A stretch of DNA of 64,000 nucleotides from an uncultured virus (IMG/VR IMGVR_UViG_3300042887_005170) (taxonomy: Duplodnaviria; Heunggongvirae; Uroviricota; Caudoviricetes): the IMG/VR virus record IMGVR_UViG_3300042887_005170. One strand, given 5' to 3'. The notes under the pieces were generated by a model. The model made no database searches. It saw only the letters and a list, made by a program, of their open reading frames with translations, and had not been told where the DNA came from. Shown here in pieces: positions 19,549 to 28,983 of this stretch (the first letter of the stretch is position 1; the number at the start of each line of letters is the position of its first letter). The translations under genes and the position numbers were made by a program.

Positions 19549-19905
19549 TCAGAGCATGTTTGTAATAGGCGCCCGATTGCTCTCAAGTAGTCTGGCAAGG
19601 TTCTCTGCGTCTGTCTTAAGGTTACCGCTAGGCGTAAGGCCAGCGGCTATAACGGCGCGGCTCACGGCCCTCTCGATGTCGGGAACAGCTAGCTCCTCCA
19701 TATAGGCGAGCCGGCGGGCAGTGCCTTCTGCCCTGTTTATGTAGGTTCCTACCTCGTCGACAAGGCTGCCGTCATCTGCCGCATCGAAGTAATTTCGAAT
19801 AGAGAAGATGGTAGACTTGGCGGCTGAGAGAGCTTCCTCCGTGCGGGCGAGCTTATCTCTCTCAGACAAAAGCTTATTAAGAATCTGGTCTAAGATCTCG
19901 TTCAT
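19549..19905 (-). CDS. Hypothetical protein
   Basis: 118-aa ORF tightly packed in operon. Confidence 0.7.
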   Translation of the reverse strand: MNEILDQILNKLLSERDKLARTEEALSAAKSTIFSIRNYFDAADDGSLVDEVGTYINRAEGTARRLAYMEELAVPDIERAVSRAVIAAGLTPSGNLKTDAENLARLLESNRAPITNML

Positions 19906-19906
19906 A

Positions 19907-20608
19907 TCAGTCCTCGTCTGGTACGGATCTTTCTAAAATATCGCTAATGGCCTGAGCGGACCACTTAGTTTTATTTTTCTTAGTCTTATGTCCCTCGTCG
20001 GTGAGCACTTTCGCAATCTGCCTAAGAGATAGCCCGTCGCCCCGCATAAGAACGATGCGGCGTACATTCTCCATCTCTCCGATGTTGGGGACATCATAGC
20101 CATCTACTTGATCGTAGCCGTATCTAGGCGGGCTGTAGGTCTTACCCTGAATCTTTCGCGCTGACTTGTTCTCTCTAACTCTCAAGGCTGTCTGATCTCT
20201 CTCAAAGGAGGATGCGGCTGCCTTAACAGTAAACACAAGTCGGCCGGATGGGGACGAGGCGTCTAACGCCGTGCCGCCATCTTCGGCAAAGTAGACGGTT
20301 ACTCCCTGCTGCTTCCAGAGATCGACATACTCCAGCGCCTCTCTCGTGTTACGGAAAAGACGCTCCTGTCTCAGCGCAATGATAGCGTTAACGCTGCCGT
20401 TGGTGATCAGAGCCTGGACTCGCTTTCCCCCCGGGCGGCGCATAAAGGGGCAAGCCCCAGATATGCCGTTGTCCTGAACGCTCTCGACCAAGTTGGCTTC
20501 GATCTTAGCCGCCAGCGCGCCAATATGCTCTGACTGGACGGAGAACGAAATACTTCCAGTATACTTCTCGTCGGCAGATAGCCGCATGTATGCGATAGCG
20601 TTAATCAT
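19907..20608 (-). CDS. Serine recombinase (resolvase + recombinase DNA-binding domain)
   Basis: AYMRLS, DNGISG, RPG, RLFRN, PRYGY, SLRQIA..L...G..T....W. Confidence 0.9.
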   Translation of the reverse strand: MINAIAYMRLSADEKYTGSISFSVQSEHIGALAAKIEANLVESVQDNGISGACPFMRRPGGKRVQALITNGSVNAIIALRQERLFRNTREALEYVDLWKQQGVTVYFAEDGGTALDASSPSGRLVFTVKAAASSFERDQTALRVRENKSARKIQGKTYSPPRYGYDQVDGYDVPNIGEMENVRRIVLMRGDGLSLRQIAKVLTDEGHKTKKNKTKWSAQAISDILERSVPDED

Positions 20609-20616
20609 GTATCACC

Positions 20617-21087
20617 TCAGACATCCTTCTTGAAACAGCGCATAGCCTGAGTCCGCATGTTGCCGATAACCTCAGCGCTGCCGTAGTTATTAGCCATTTC
20701 GACAGCCTCCGGCGACTCGCTGAGAACTGTCTCTGCGCGATTACAGAAATCAGCGAAGGCCTCGGACGGGCTCTTACCCGTACCCATAAGGTGTTTATTA
20801 TCAGTCTGAACGTCAGACGCTTCGCAGACGTACCAGAGCGAGGTGCCGGCTGCCTCGCGGCCTTCCAAGATAATCACGAACTGCTGGCGGGCGACGTATC
20901 CGCTTCTGCGGAGAACGGGCTTGACCTCTGCGACGCCGCGAGAAATCTCCCAGACCACGTAAATTCCAGAAGGGCCGGGGACTGGCTCGGTGCGCTGACG
21001 CGCGGTGAACTCGACTTCTACTCGTCCGCCCTCATTGTAGCTAGACTCAAAAGAAATAACGTTAGCTGCGATCGAAAAACTGTCCAT
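20617..21087 (-). CDS. Hypothetical protein
   Basis: 156-aa ORF, GAGAGG RBS. Confidence 0.7.
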   Translation of the reverse strand: MDSFSIAANVISFESSYNEGGRVEVEFTARQRTEPVPGPSGIYVVWEISRGVAEVKPVLRRSGYVARQQFVIILEGREAAGTSLWYVCEASDVQTDNKHLMGTGKSPSEAFADFCNRAETVLSESPEAVEMANNYGSAEVIGNMRTQAMRCFKKDV

Positions 21088-21100
21088 TATGCTTTCCTCT

Positions 21101-21787
21101 CTAAAAGTCGTCTGCGATGTTGAGATCGACGTGGGTGGTAGTAGGCTTCTCTTTTAAATTTTCGTTAACGCTCTCTGGCGCGGCAGTAGGAGTAGGCGCC
21201 ACTCCAATAGAGGCAACCTTAGCTGCTGCGTCCTTGTGGCCGTCCGAGCAGACTTCGTTAATGGCGTCGACAATTACTTTGTGCCTATCACTGAGCGCAA
21301 TAGAGGCCGGCTCAAAAAGCTTAGACAAGGCAACTGCGACCTCGACAAGGTCACGTACATCTGAGCCCTTTTTGGCTAAACTAAGATAGCGCGTGAGCTT
21401 CTCTGTGTAGTAGGCGTCGAAAGAGTCGGCTACCGCATCGGGCATTCCGTCGAATGGGCCCATAACAGGAAGAACGTAAATTCGGACTCCGATCTTGGCC
21501 AGGTCGGCGATTGCGTCCTCCCAATATGGCTCAAGCTGCGTCACAAAGAAGGTCGCCGGCCTAGCGCTGTACTTACTGCGAGGTCCTATGTCCTTGAGAG
21601 GGACTGCTCCGCAATCCATTAGGGCCTCAGAGATTTTATTAATAATAAAACTCGCCGGGAAGGTGCGCCCACTCTTTCGCCCTCTGTTAGTCTGAACATA
21701 CAGAGAGTGATTCGAGATTACCTTCTTGTACTGATTAGTATATATCTTAGGGTCGCTGTGAACAGAGACATAAAATACATTGCTCAT
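21101..21787 (-). CDS. Hypothetical protein
   Basis: 228-aa ORF, translational coupling with the upstream gene. Confidence 0.7.
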   Translation of the reverse strand: MSNVFYVSVHSDPKIYTNQYKKVISNHSLYVQTNRGRKSGRTFPASFIINKISEALMDCGAVPLKDIGPRSKYSARPATFFVTQLEPYWEDAIADLAKIGVRIYVLPVMGPFDGMPDAVADSFDAYYTEKLTRYLSLAKKGSDVRDLVEVAVALSKLFEPASIALSDRHKVIVDAINEVCSDGHKDAAAKVASIGVAPTPTAAPESVNENLKEKPTTTHVDLNIADDF

Positions 21788-22446
21788 TTACCGATCTCCT
21801 TGCCCATAGCGGCAAAGCAGATGGGCTTAATGTAAGTCCGCACATAAGAGAGGATGGCGGGGAACTGCTCATCGTCTCTGTACTTAGAGAGTGCGTTGAA
21901 GGATACCCAGACCGGCATAGCCATCTCAACGCTCTGCGGCGTGACGACGAAATCATCCTTCTGAACCATGGCGCTGATCGTGCGGAAGGCAGGGAGCAGA
22001 GTAGTGACCTCCTCGTGAATTGGGTGGCCGGCAGGGACGCCATCTACAACTACTCCGGGCTCCTCTGGAGACTCAATGACTTCGGGCGCCGGCTCAAATG
22101 ACTCTGCGGGCTTATTGCTCTCAGAGTCGTCAACTTTTTCTAAATTTGCGTCAGCCGGCTCAGGAATATAAGAAGAATTTTCTACAGTATCCGGCGGCGC
22201 GTCTGCGTCGGTAGGGGGAGGAACGTCCTCATAAGAGGGCATAGAGCCATAGTCTACTTCTGGCTTAGAAAAAGACGTATGCTTCTGTAATTTGGCCGAA
22301 ATAATGTTCTCCGGCTCAGGGGTACTGCTGCTGTAATAGGGGGCCTTCTGAGTGGGAGCCTCCGCGGAGTCGCAGTAAGCGACGATGTAACGCGCCGCGC
22401 CTTCTAGAGCACAAGATAGTAGTTCAGAAAGATTATGAACCTTCAT
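21784..22446 (-). CDS. Hypothetical protein, Pro/Glu-rich linker
   Basis: 220-aa ORF. Confidence 0.7.
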   Translation of the reverse strand: MKVHNLSELLSCALEGAARYIVAYCDSAEAPTQKAPYYSSSTPEPENIISAKLQKHTSFSKPEVDYGSMPSYEDVPPPTDADAPPDTVENSSYIPEPADANLEKVDDSESNKPAESFEPAPEVIESPEEPGVVVDGVPAGHPIHEEVTTLLPAFRTISAMVQKDDFVVTPQSVEMAMPVWVSFNALSKYRDDEQFPAILSYVRTYIKPICFAAMGKEIGK

Positions 22447-22581
22447 TCGTTCACCTGCATTTGGGGTATTTACACAGTTAAAAATAGGTTGTAAGGAATA
22501 GCTAATTGATGTTTAGGGCGATGTCAACACCTACAGAGCAACTATATTGACGATGCCCTGATAAACCAGGAGGAAGGCTAC

Positions 22582-22947
22582 ATGGCGCAGGAGAGGCTCT
22601 CTAAGATACTTAAGACTATGTGGCCTAAATATAAGTGGATGCCGATAGAGACCGGCTACGAGCGCATATACAAATGCTCTGCCTCTCCCTATGAGCTCGC
22701 TATAGAGGCTAGAGGAGGTAACATCTACTTCACGCTATCGAGATACTATACCAATCCGGACATGCCTGTTAGCGTAGTAGGAGCATCAGTAGGCGTATCG
22801 GCGGAGTCCATCAGACGCGCATATTTAGAGGCTAAACTTGCATGGATGCTACTTCATAAGGTAGATATAGACCCCGGGCAGTCGTCGACTCAAGATATAG
22901 AGGACGACCAGGAATACTTCAAAAAACTATTCGACTCAGATATTTAG
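22582..22947 (+). CDS. Hypothetical protein
   Basis: AGGAGG RBS; divergent from 22446. Confidence 0.7.
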   Translation: MAQERLSKILKTMWPKYKWMPIETGYERIYKCSASPYELAIEARGGNIYFTLSRYYTNPDMPVSVVGASVGVSAESIRRAYLEAKLAWMLLHKVDIDPGQSSTQDIEDDQEYFKKLFDSDI

Positions 22948-22995
22948 TCTTACGCCCTAGTCTAATATTTTTGACTTGGGTAACCTAGGATATGT

Positions 22996-23235
22996 ATGAA
23001 CAACTATGTCATGAAAATAGAAGGCGTCGATGCTGTTTGGTCTCACCTAAAAGCCAAGACGGGCGTGGAGTGTATTAAGAATTTCTTCAGAGAAAACCCT
23101 AGTATTCTAAGAAAAGACGGTCTGCATCTTACACTCGAGAGGCATCCGTCGGGAGTAAAAATAAAGTATGCAGTCTCTGGGCGGCCGCCTAATCTCAAGA
23201 TCGAAATCTACACGAGGTTAGATAATGGAAAATAA
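22996..23235 (+). CDS. Hypothetical protein
   Basis: 79-aa ORF. Confidence 0.6.
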   Translation: MNNYVMKIEGVDAVWSHLKAKTGVECIKNFFRENPSILRKDGLHLTLERHPSGVKIKYAVSGRPPNLKIEIYTRLDNGK

Positions 23236-23509
23236 AAAAGAAGAGATAGATAGGCTCGCAAATGCGCTTATCTGTCTCGGCGCTATGTCTTCGTCTAGCG
23301 GTAGAGCTAGCTCTTTAGAGGAAATGAAGCTTCCGATTATACGCGGCCTCTATAGAGTTTCAGGAGTTCTCGAAGAGAATGCCGCCGCCTCTTACGAAGA
23401 CTCAGATGAGCTTGTCTGCTCTCTCTGCGGAGAGCGTTACCCTCGAGGTGCCGTAGGAAAAACCGCTATGACGGAGCACATTAACGGGCATGCGAGGTGC
23501 TGCGAATGA
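23225..23509 (+). CDS. C2H2-like zinc-finger protein
   Basis: CSLC...HINGH. Confidence 0.6.
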   Translation: MENKKEEIDRLANALICLGAMSSSSGRASSLEEMKLPIIRGLYRVSGVLEENAAASYEDSDELVCSLCGERYPRGAVGKTAMTEHINGHARCCE

Positions 23510-23721
23510 CGCCGGAATACGAGCTTAAGGTCACAGAAACGGAAAGCGGCAACTTCAGAGTGAGGATAAAGTGCCCTGAATGCGACACTTTTGTCGTGCC
23601 CAAAGGCATTCCACTTAAAATAAAATACATGACAGACACGGGCAAAGATGCGATATCTGAGGGGTACATGTTTCTCTCCCCAGGAAAACATGCCTGCGAG
23701 AAGAAAAATGAGCTGGGGTAG
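23506..23721 (+). CDS. Small Cys-containing protein
   Basis: CPEC...HAC; ATGA overlap with upstream stop. Confidence 0.55.
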   Translation: MTPEYELKVTETESGNFRVRIKCPECDTFVVPKGIPLKIKYMTDTGKDAISEGYMFLSPGKHACEKKNELG

Positions 23722-23951
23722 TGTGGCGCCCCTCCAACAATGAGAACATACAATCGTCGGAGGGGCTACATTGCCCTTGGCGTGAGCCTGGTCGCCGAAA
23801 GATGTACCCCTACATCTCCCACAAAGGCACCATAAGTGAACAAGATCCGTCGGTCAAGCTAGACTGAGACGGAAAAAGATGTGTGCTCTCATCTTGACAC
23901 ATGATAATTCTGGTGTATATTTGCGGTATCGGTAAAAAAAGCGGTGAAAAC

Positions 23952-24320
23952 GTGAAAGATCCTAAAAAAATTAAACTCTCCTCGGTAACTGAGCTTGCTA
24001 AAGTTGTTGAGTGCTACGAAGCCCTTAACAAAAATAAGCTTTTTTATGAAGAAAGCGATGATTTTTTCATTGTTTTTCGAGACGAAGATTCTCGAGAGAC
24101 GAACGAAAAAGAGTCGAAAAATGCGGCGGGTAGGCTCTGCACTAAGATAACCTCTCTGATAATGGTTATAAACGAGGCGCTGGAGTCGCAGGATACCGAA
24201 GTAGAAGTTGATAAGATTATAGAAAGGAAGTTCTTAGATAAGGTAAATACACAGATTATTTTAGATAAATTTGCTAAAAGCCTCAAGTTATCAGCTATGA
24301 AGTTAGGCGAAAAAAAGTAA
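23952..24320 (+). CDS. Hypothetical protein
   Basis: Probable GTG start downstream of a TTGACA-N17-TATATT promoter. Confidence 0.6.
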   Translation: MKDPKKIKLSSVTELAKVVECYEALNKNKLFYEESDDFFIVFRDEDSRETNEKESKNAAGRLCTKITSLIMVINEALESQDTEVEVDKIIERKFLDKVNTQIILDKFAKSLKLSAMKLGEKK

Positions 24321-24327
24321 TTAATGA

Positions 24328-24400
24328 GGGCCCATAGCTCAGTGGTCAGAGCTGGCGGCTCATAACCGCTTGGTCCCTGGTTCGAACCCAGGTGGGCCCA
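24328..24400 (+). tRNA. tRNA with CAT anticodon, Ile2-like (lysidine type) or elongator Met
   Basis: Cloverleaf: GGGCCCA/TGGGCCC acceptor, GGCGG-CTCATAA-CCGCT arm, GGTTCGAACC T-loop; resembles bacterial ileX-type sequence. Confidence 0.9.
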
Positions 24401-24421
24401 CTAAAAAACAAAAATTACCAC

Positions 24422-24494
24422 GGGCTCATAGCTCAAGGGTTAGAGCAGACGGCATATAACCGTCAGGTTCTGGGTTCGAATCCCAGTGGGCCCA
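24422..24494 (+). tRNA. tRNA-Ile(TAT) with non-canonical A33
   Basis: Cloverleaf; anticodon arm GACGG-CATATAA-CCGTC. Confidence 0.85.
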
Positions 24495-24513
24495 CTCAAA
24501 AAGGAGATAAAAA

Positions 24514-25215
24514 ATGGACAGCGTGATTTACACTGAAAACTGCATAACTGGGCTTAAGAAGCTTAGCTCTAGCTCTGTCGATGTCTGCTTCACTACTCCG
24601 CCCTCTTATGAGGAGTTTAAGAATAACCCTCAGCTCGGCAGGAAGACCACGTCGGTTAACGACTACGTACTGGGGCTCACCCAGGTCTTTCGCGGGGTTA
24701 AGAGAGTCATGAAGGATGGCGGGGTTCTCTGGATTAAGATCTCGGACCACTCCCTCGGTGAGAATGCCGGTTTTGTGGGCGTTTTGCCGCTACTTGCTGC
24801 TGCTTTAGTGAAGAGCAAGTGGACCTACCAGAGCATTGTCCCCTGGGGTCTGGTGGAAGAAAACAGTGAGAGATTCCCGGACTACGCGGGTAACTACAAA
24901 AACACTGAGAAGTCTGTAGTGCTTTGCCTGTCTAAGGGCCCCGTCGAGGATCCTAAGCGGGTTAAAGACGCCTCCGACGGCGCGTCTATCACTCTGGTAG
25001 AAAACATGAAGTATGTTTTTGCTTTCATGAAGCAAAATCAGGAGCTCTCTTGCATCGAGGCATCGTGCCCAATTGGTGGAACTGTTCTTGATCCGTTCAT
25101 GGGCGTCGGTAGCACGGCTGCTGTGTGTGCGGAGCTCAAGCTTAATTTTGTGGGATTTGAGGTAGACAAGACGACCTCAAGAAAGGCGGCCTCTAAAATT
25201 GTATTGGGAGCTTAG
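24514..25215 (+). CDS. N6/N4 DNA methyltransferase-like (beta class), altered catalytic motif
   Basis: ENCITGL, VDVCFTTPPSY, VLDPFMGVGST, FVGFEVD. Confidence 0.85.
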   Translation: MDSVIYTENCITGLKKLSSSSVDVCFTTPPSYEEFKNNPQLGRKTTSVNDYVLGLTQVFRGVKRVMKDGGVLWIKISDHSLGENAGFVGVLPLLAAALVKSKWTYQSIVPWGLVEENSERFPDYAGNYKNTEKSVVLCLSKGPVEDPKRVKDASDGASITLVENMKYVFAFMKQNQELSCIEASCPIGGTVLDPFMGVGSTAAVCAELKLNFVGFEVDKTTSRKAASKIVLGA

Positions 25216-25216
25216 A

Positions 25217-25663
25217 ATGGGTACGATTAAACTCGATGATTTTTGCGAAGAGAACGGGGTTGAGCTTCTGCGTGTCGACGGACACGACAACGCTATTTTA
25301 GGTATCATTCGCGGGACGGGCTTTCCCCACAACAGCGGATCACCCAGGCTCGTTTACAACATCCAGAAAATCATCGAAAATCTCATAGAATCCGGCATGG
25401 ATGATGAAGAAGCCGAGGAGTTTTTTGAGTACAACATCATCGGCTCCTATGTCGGTGAGCAGACCCCTCTGTTCGCGGATAGATACAGCTTTCTGGCCGT
25501 CGACACAGAGCCGGCAGCGCCTAAGGCTCTGTTTGACTCGGATGATGGCGACGTAGATGAGGTTGAGGAGAGCGAAGCGTCGGCTGAGGAGATCGAAGCG
25601 TCGGCTGAGGATTCGGATGAGGACGTGCCTTTTCCTAACGTGCCCGACGATATCCTGGGTTAG
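25217..25663 (+). CDS. Conserved phage hypothetical protein, acidic tail
   Basis: DGHDNAILG...[20 protein letters not shown]. Confidence 0.75.
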   Translation: MGTIKLDDFCEENGVELLRVDGHDNAILGIIRGTGFPHNSGSPRLVYNIQKIIENLIESGMDDEEAEEFFEYNIIGSYVGEQTPLFADRYSFLAVDTEPAAPKALFDSDDGDVDEVEESEASAEEIEASAEDSDEDVPFPNVPDDILG

Positions 25664-26606
25664 ACGACCTAATTCTCAAAGAGGCCTGCATACTATCGCA
25701 GGCCTTTTTTATTATATCTGCATGCTCTTGGGATACCTGAGCGTCACAAAGATTGGCGCCCATCAAGTTAGCCCCGACCAAGTTTGCGCCTATAAGATTA
25801 GCGCCGGTTAGGTTAGCGCCCATGAGGTTAGCGTAGAACAAAATGGCTCCGCTCAGATCCGCGCCGTGAAGATCCGCGCCCATAAGCTGCGCTCCTTTTA
25901 GGTTAGCGCCTTTAAGATTGGCGGGGACATAATGAACGGGGGCAAAGCGCGTGTGTTGTTTTCTGAGCGGACTTAGGTCTGCTCCGGCTAACTCTGCTGC
26001 CTCTAAGTCAGCTCCCTCTAAGTCTGCGCCGCGGAGGTCTGCGCCAGGTTCAATTTCATAGCCATCGACCATAATCCGTCGCGGATTAGGCGTTCTTGCT
26101 CGCTGCCAAGGAGGTGTAGGGTCGCCTTTGATCCAGTCTTTTTCGTAGCGCTCTCTCATAGTTTTAATTATGTCTAGAGGCACTTCATGCACATTTCGGG
26201 CGGCTAGCTGCTCATCACTCAGGCCTCCGTCATAAAGATCTACAACGCAAACAAGAGCGCCGGCTTCGTTGGCTATTTTCAGGTAGGGCTCAATCTCCCA
26301 TCTCTGAGTAAAAGTGTTAGCAACGGCTACCTCATGATCCTCGTCTAACAACTCAGCTACGCGTTTTTGGCAATAAGCGTGGGCTTCCCCGAGTTTGTTT
26401 CGGTCAAAGACGTATCTGCCGCCCTTCATAAAGTAATCGTCGGCGCTAACCGTATGGTCGGGCGTGATTTTTGTGGAAGCGAGCGTGCTTTTGCCGGAGC
26501 CGGGCAGGCCCCTAACAATGTACAAAATCTGCTCCCCGGAGGGATCTTCGACTACCTCGAGGTCCTCTGGCTCATAGATAACGTTCATGCCTTTAATGTC
26601 TGCCAT
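25635..26606 (-). CDS. P-loop kinase (AAA_33/N4BP2-like) fused to pentapeptide repeats
   Basis: [46 protein letters not shown] repeats. Confidence 0.9.
   Translation of the reverse strand: MADIKGMNVIYEPEDLEVVEDPSGEQILYIVRGLPGSGKSTLASTKITPDHTVSADDYFMKGGRYVFDRNKLGEAHAYCQKRVAELLDEDHEVAVANTFTQRWEIEPYLKIANEAGALVCVVDLYDGGLSDEQLAARNVHEVPLDIIKTMRERYEKDWIKGDPTPPWQRARTPNPRRIMVDGYEIEPGADLRGADLEGADLEAAELAGADLSPLRKQHTRFAPVHYVPANLKGANLKGAQLMGADLHGADLSGAILFYANLMGANLTGANLIGANLVGANLMGANLCDAQVSQEHADIIKKACDSMQASLRIRSSNPGYRRAR
25682..25712 (+). terminator. Intrinsic terminator embedded in the 3' end of the opposing gene
   Basis: AGGCCTGC/GCAGGCCT stem + T-run. Confidence 0.7.
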
Positions 26607-26632
26607 AAAACACCTTTTTTTATTGTCTAATC

Positions 26633-27238
26633 TTAAATATCTCTACGGCCTATCATTGCGCCTCTCATACGGACTTGCTCCACTATGAATACGCCATTCC
26701 AAAGACCGCCCGTGGCAATATCCCAGGCCTGCTGGCATCTTGAGGCAAGCTCTATCGCATTTTCCATGACCGCGTTGTAATCTGCTGGGTTAGCAGATAC
26801 CTGCGAAAACACATCAAAGCCCCCGGTCTCAGTAGAGTAAAAAGCCACACGCACGGCTATTCTGTTTGCGAGTAGGTTATTCCAGCCGGGGGTTGGGTAC
26901 ATGCCTAGGAATTCGCCTGTTTCTTCGTGCGTTTCTGGGGCTTTTAAAATTTCTGCCAAAGATAAAAAGACAAGCTCTGAATCATATTTGTCATTCATTA
27001 GCATGTCTAACATCATATTTAAATTAAGATGCTCTATAAGAGGCATCATTCTATCCCAGTCTGCCTTTGGCATAACCTCGTAAGCCCCTTTTTTAGCCCC
27101 CAATCCGGTTACAAGTATGTTAATTACAGAGCTGCCGATGTACGGGCTACTGAGTAAGTACCTTTTATTTTTCTTCAAAAAAGAAACTATAAAAGGATCG
27201 GGGCCTGGGTTAGCTGCTCTAAGGTAATAGCCTATCAT
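26633..27238 (-). CDS. Hypothetical protein with N-terminal RAANP motif
   Basis: Start revised to MIGYY immediately after the upstream stop. Confidence 0.7.
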   Translation of the reverse strand: MIGYYLRAANPGPDPFIVSFLKKNKRYLLSSPYIGSSVINILVTGLGAKKGAYEVMPKADWDRMMPLIEHLNLNMMLDMLMNDKYDSELVFLSLAEILKAPETHEETGEFLGMYPTPGWNNLLANRIAVRVAFYSTETGGFDVFSQVSANPADYNAVMENAIELASRCQQAWDIATGGLWNGVFIVEQVRMRGAMIGRRDI

Positions 27239-27239
27239 A

Positions 27240-28136
27240 TTACCCGTTTTTTTGGTCTTGGCGTTTGCCAAAAAGCTCAAGGATCTCGATGGAAGAGACG
27301 GCAAAGCCGCTCGCGCTAAGGAGAAGCTGCGCCACAGGTAGGATCCACTGAGAGAGCGGCGGGTTTGGCGTTCTGCCTACAATGGGGTATTTACTCTGAA
27401 TTCCGCTGGCGAGGGCAGGCGAAAGCTGGCAGAGACAGGTTTCGTGCTCTCTAAAATGCGGGACATTGGTAGACACGTCATCTACAAACATCTCTGCCAT
27501 TGCAGATGCCTGATCTCGAGCTGAGGCCGGGTAATCCGTGTAGTCTTTGAGAATGCCGATCGTAAACACCATGTCTCCGACAGGTACGATGGTGCGGGAA
27601 TCTTGGAAGGTAACACCGTCATCGGTGCAGCCTAACGCGTATTTTCCAGGCATTGTTCTGTAAATGTCGATGTCCGCGCCCTCTAAGCTAGTCTCCATAA
27701 AGGGAGAAAACTCCTCTACAAGCTCTACCTGATCGGCGGGCGCCTCAACCTCGGTGATTACGACTGGGTTTTTGACTCTTCCGAGTCTTCTCGCCAGTGC
27801 GCCTTCGTGCTCTGCGAGCCATTTCCGGTCAGCCTTGTGGAGTGGCGAGTCGGATTTACTCGGGTCATGCCCCCAATTACGGAGAGCGATTGCTCGTTTG
27901 CTCCACCCAGAGTGGCCGACTTCTTTGCCAAAAAGATTGGTAGACAGTCCGTGTCGCGTATTGAAGTTATCGACCTTTCTAGCGAAAGCCGTATCGCGCG
28001 CATGGTCGCCTTTTGCGAGTCTTCGCAAAGACTCGTGCCCGGTCTCAATGCTGGCTAAGAGATTTCTTGGGTTTTTAATCCAGGCCTTAAGCTCGGCCTG
28101 GCTCATGTTTACGGTATGTGTGAGGAGTCTGCTCAT
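27240..28136 (-). CDS. DUF3140-like domain + unknown domain + C-terminal hydrophobic tail
   Basis: VNMSQAELKAW...GHES.RR...RKV..F..RH...ALRNWGHDP. Confidence 0.8.
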   Translation of the reverse strand: MSRLLTHTVNMSQAELKAWIKNPRNLLASIETGHESLRRLAKGDHARDTAFARKVDNFNTRHGLSTNLFGKEVGHSGWSKRAIALRNWGHDPSKSDSPLHKADRKWLAEHEGALARRLGRVKNPVVITEVEAPADQVELVEEFSPFMETSLEGADIDIYRTMPGKYALGCTDDGVTFQDSRTIVPVGDMVFTIGILKDYTDYPASARDQASAMAEMFVDDVSTNVPHFREHETCLCQLSPALASGIQSKYPIVGRTPNPPLSQWILPVAQLLLSASGFAVSSIEILELFGKRQDQKNG

Positions 28137-28161
28137 GATGCGGACCTATTCTGTAATAAAA

Positions 28162-28959
28162 TTAGGGGGCGGGCGGTTGTATAAGATACGCGGGGGTTTC
28201 TACCTGCCAGATTCCGACTACCTGCATACTCGACACTAGCGCGGGACTAGATGAGATGTCGAAAGTTGCGTTTTTAATTATAAAATTATTATCTACGATT
28301 TCCTGTGTGAAATGATTCTCCCACATAATAACAGGGAGCGCCTCATAGTTTCTAGTCGTGGCATACCGAGAAAACGGGCTCGGGCCGTCTATTACGGCGC
28401 CGTTTGCTATTACACTGAGATCTACGCTAAAAACTGCTGACTCTCCAGTAAGATCTGCTGATGATTGTAGCAAAAAACTGCCGGAGTCCACTCCCCAAGA
28501 AAAGCCGCTCACATTGACTTGGTTTGTGATTGTTTTACCGCTTACAATTTTTTTATAAGTGGTTGGGTTGTTTTCAGAGTTAGATAATATTTTACCTATT
28601 GTTGCTCTACCGCCTGCGTAGTGGGAGGGTGAGATGTAAGGAAAGGGCCTAACGGTGCTCTGCGGCACAGGTAGCGCGCTTGGGGGGGCATTAGGGTTAG
28701 AAAAATATCCTCCGGCATAATAGGTGGCGGAGGCTCTTACAATTGCTGGATAATCAGAGCAAAAAAGCAAAAGATCTGAGAAGAAGGCGCCGGAAATTGT
28801 CTGTAAATTAGCAGAATAGGTCTTCTCTGCCGGGTCACTTAGCCAGACAAAGGGCGCATCAAAAGCGGATGCTGGCTGGAGGCCTTGCGGGGAGACCTGC
28901 CTCACGAGGGGGTCTGGGTATCTTATTGCGGGAGTTCCGGCGAGTGTTACATTTGCCAT
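28162..28959 (-). CDS. RYPDP-family protein (paralog 5)
   Basis: LAGTPAIRYPDPLVR...QVVGIW; closest to 60041-60910. Confidence 0.85.
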   Translation of the reverse strand: MANVTLAGTPAIRYPDPLVRQVSPQGLQPASAFDAPFVWLSDPAEKTYSANLQTISGAFFSDLLLFCSDYPAIVRASATYYAGGYFSNPNAPPSALPVPQSTVRPFPYISPSHYAGGRATIGKILSNSENNPTTYKKIVSGKTITNQVNVSGFSWGVDSGSFLLQSSADLTGESAVFSVDLSVIANGAVIDGPSPFSRYATTRNYEALPVIMWENHFTQEIVDNNFIIKNATFDISSSPALVSSMQVVGIWQVETPAYLIQPPAP

Positions 28960-28983
28960 GGGTTTATTACTCTTTGTGCGGGG

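Noticed and set aside
26633..27304. 65-bp same-strand gene overlap
   Set aside because: Disappears when the ATG at 27238 is used as start
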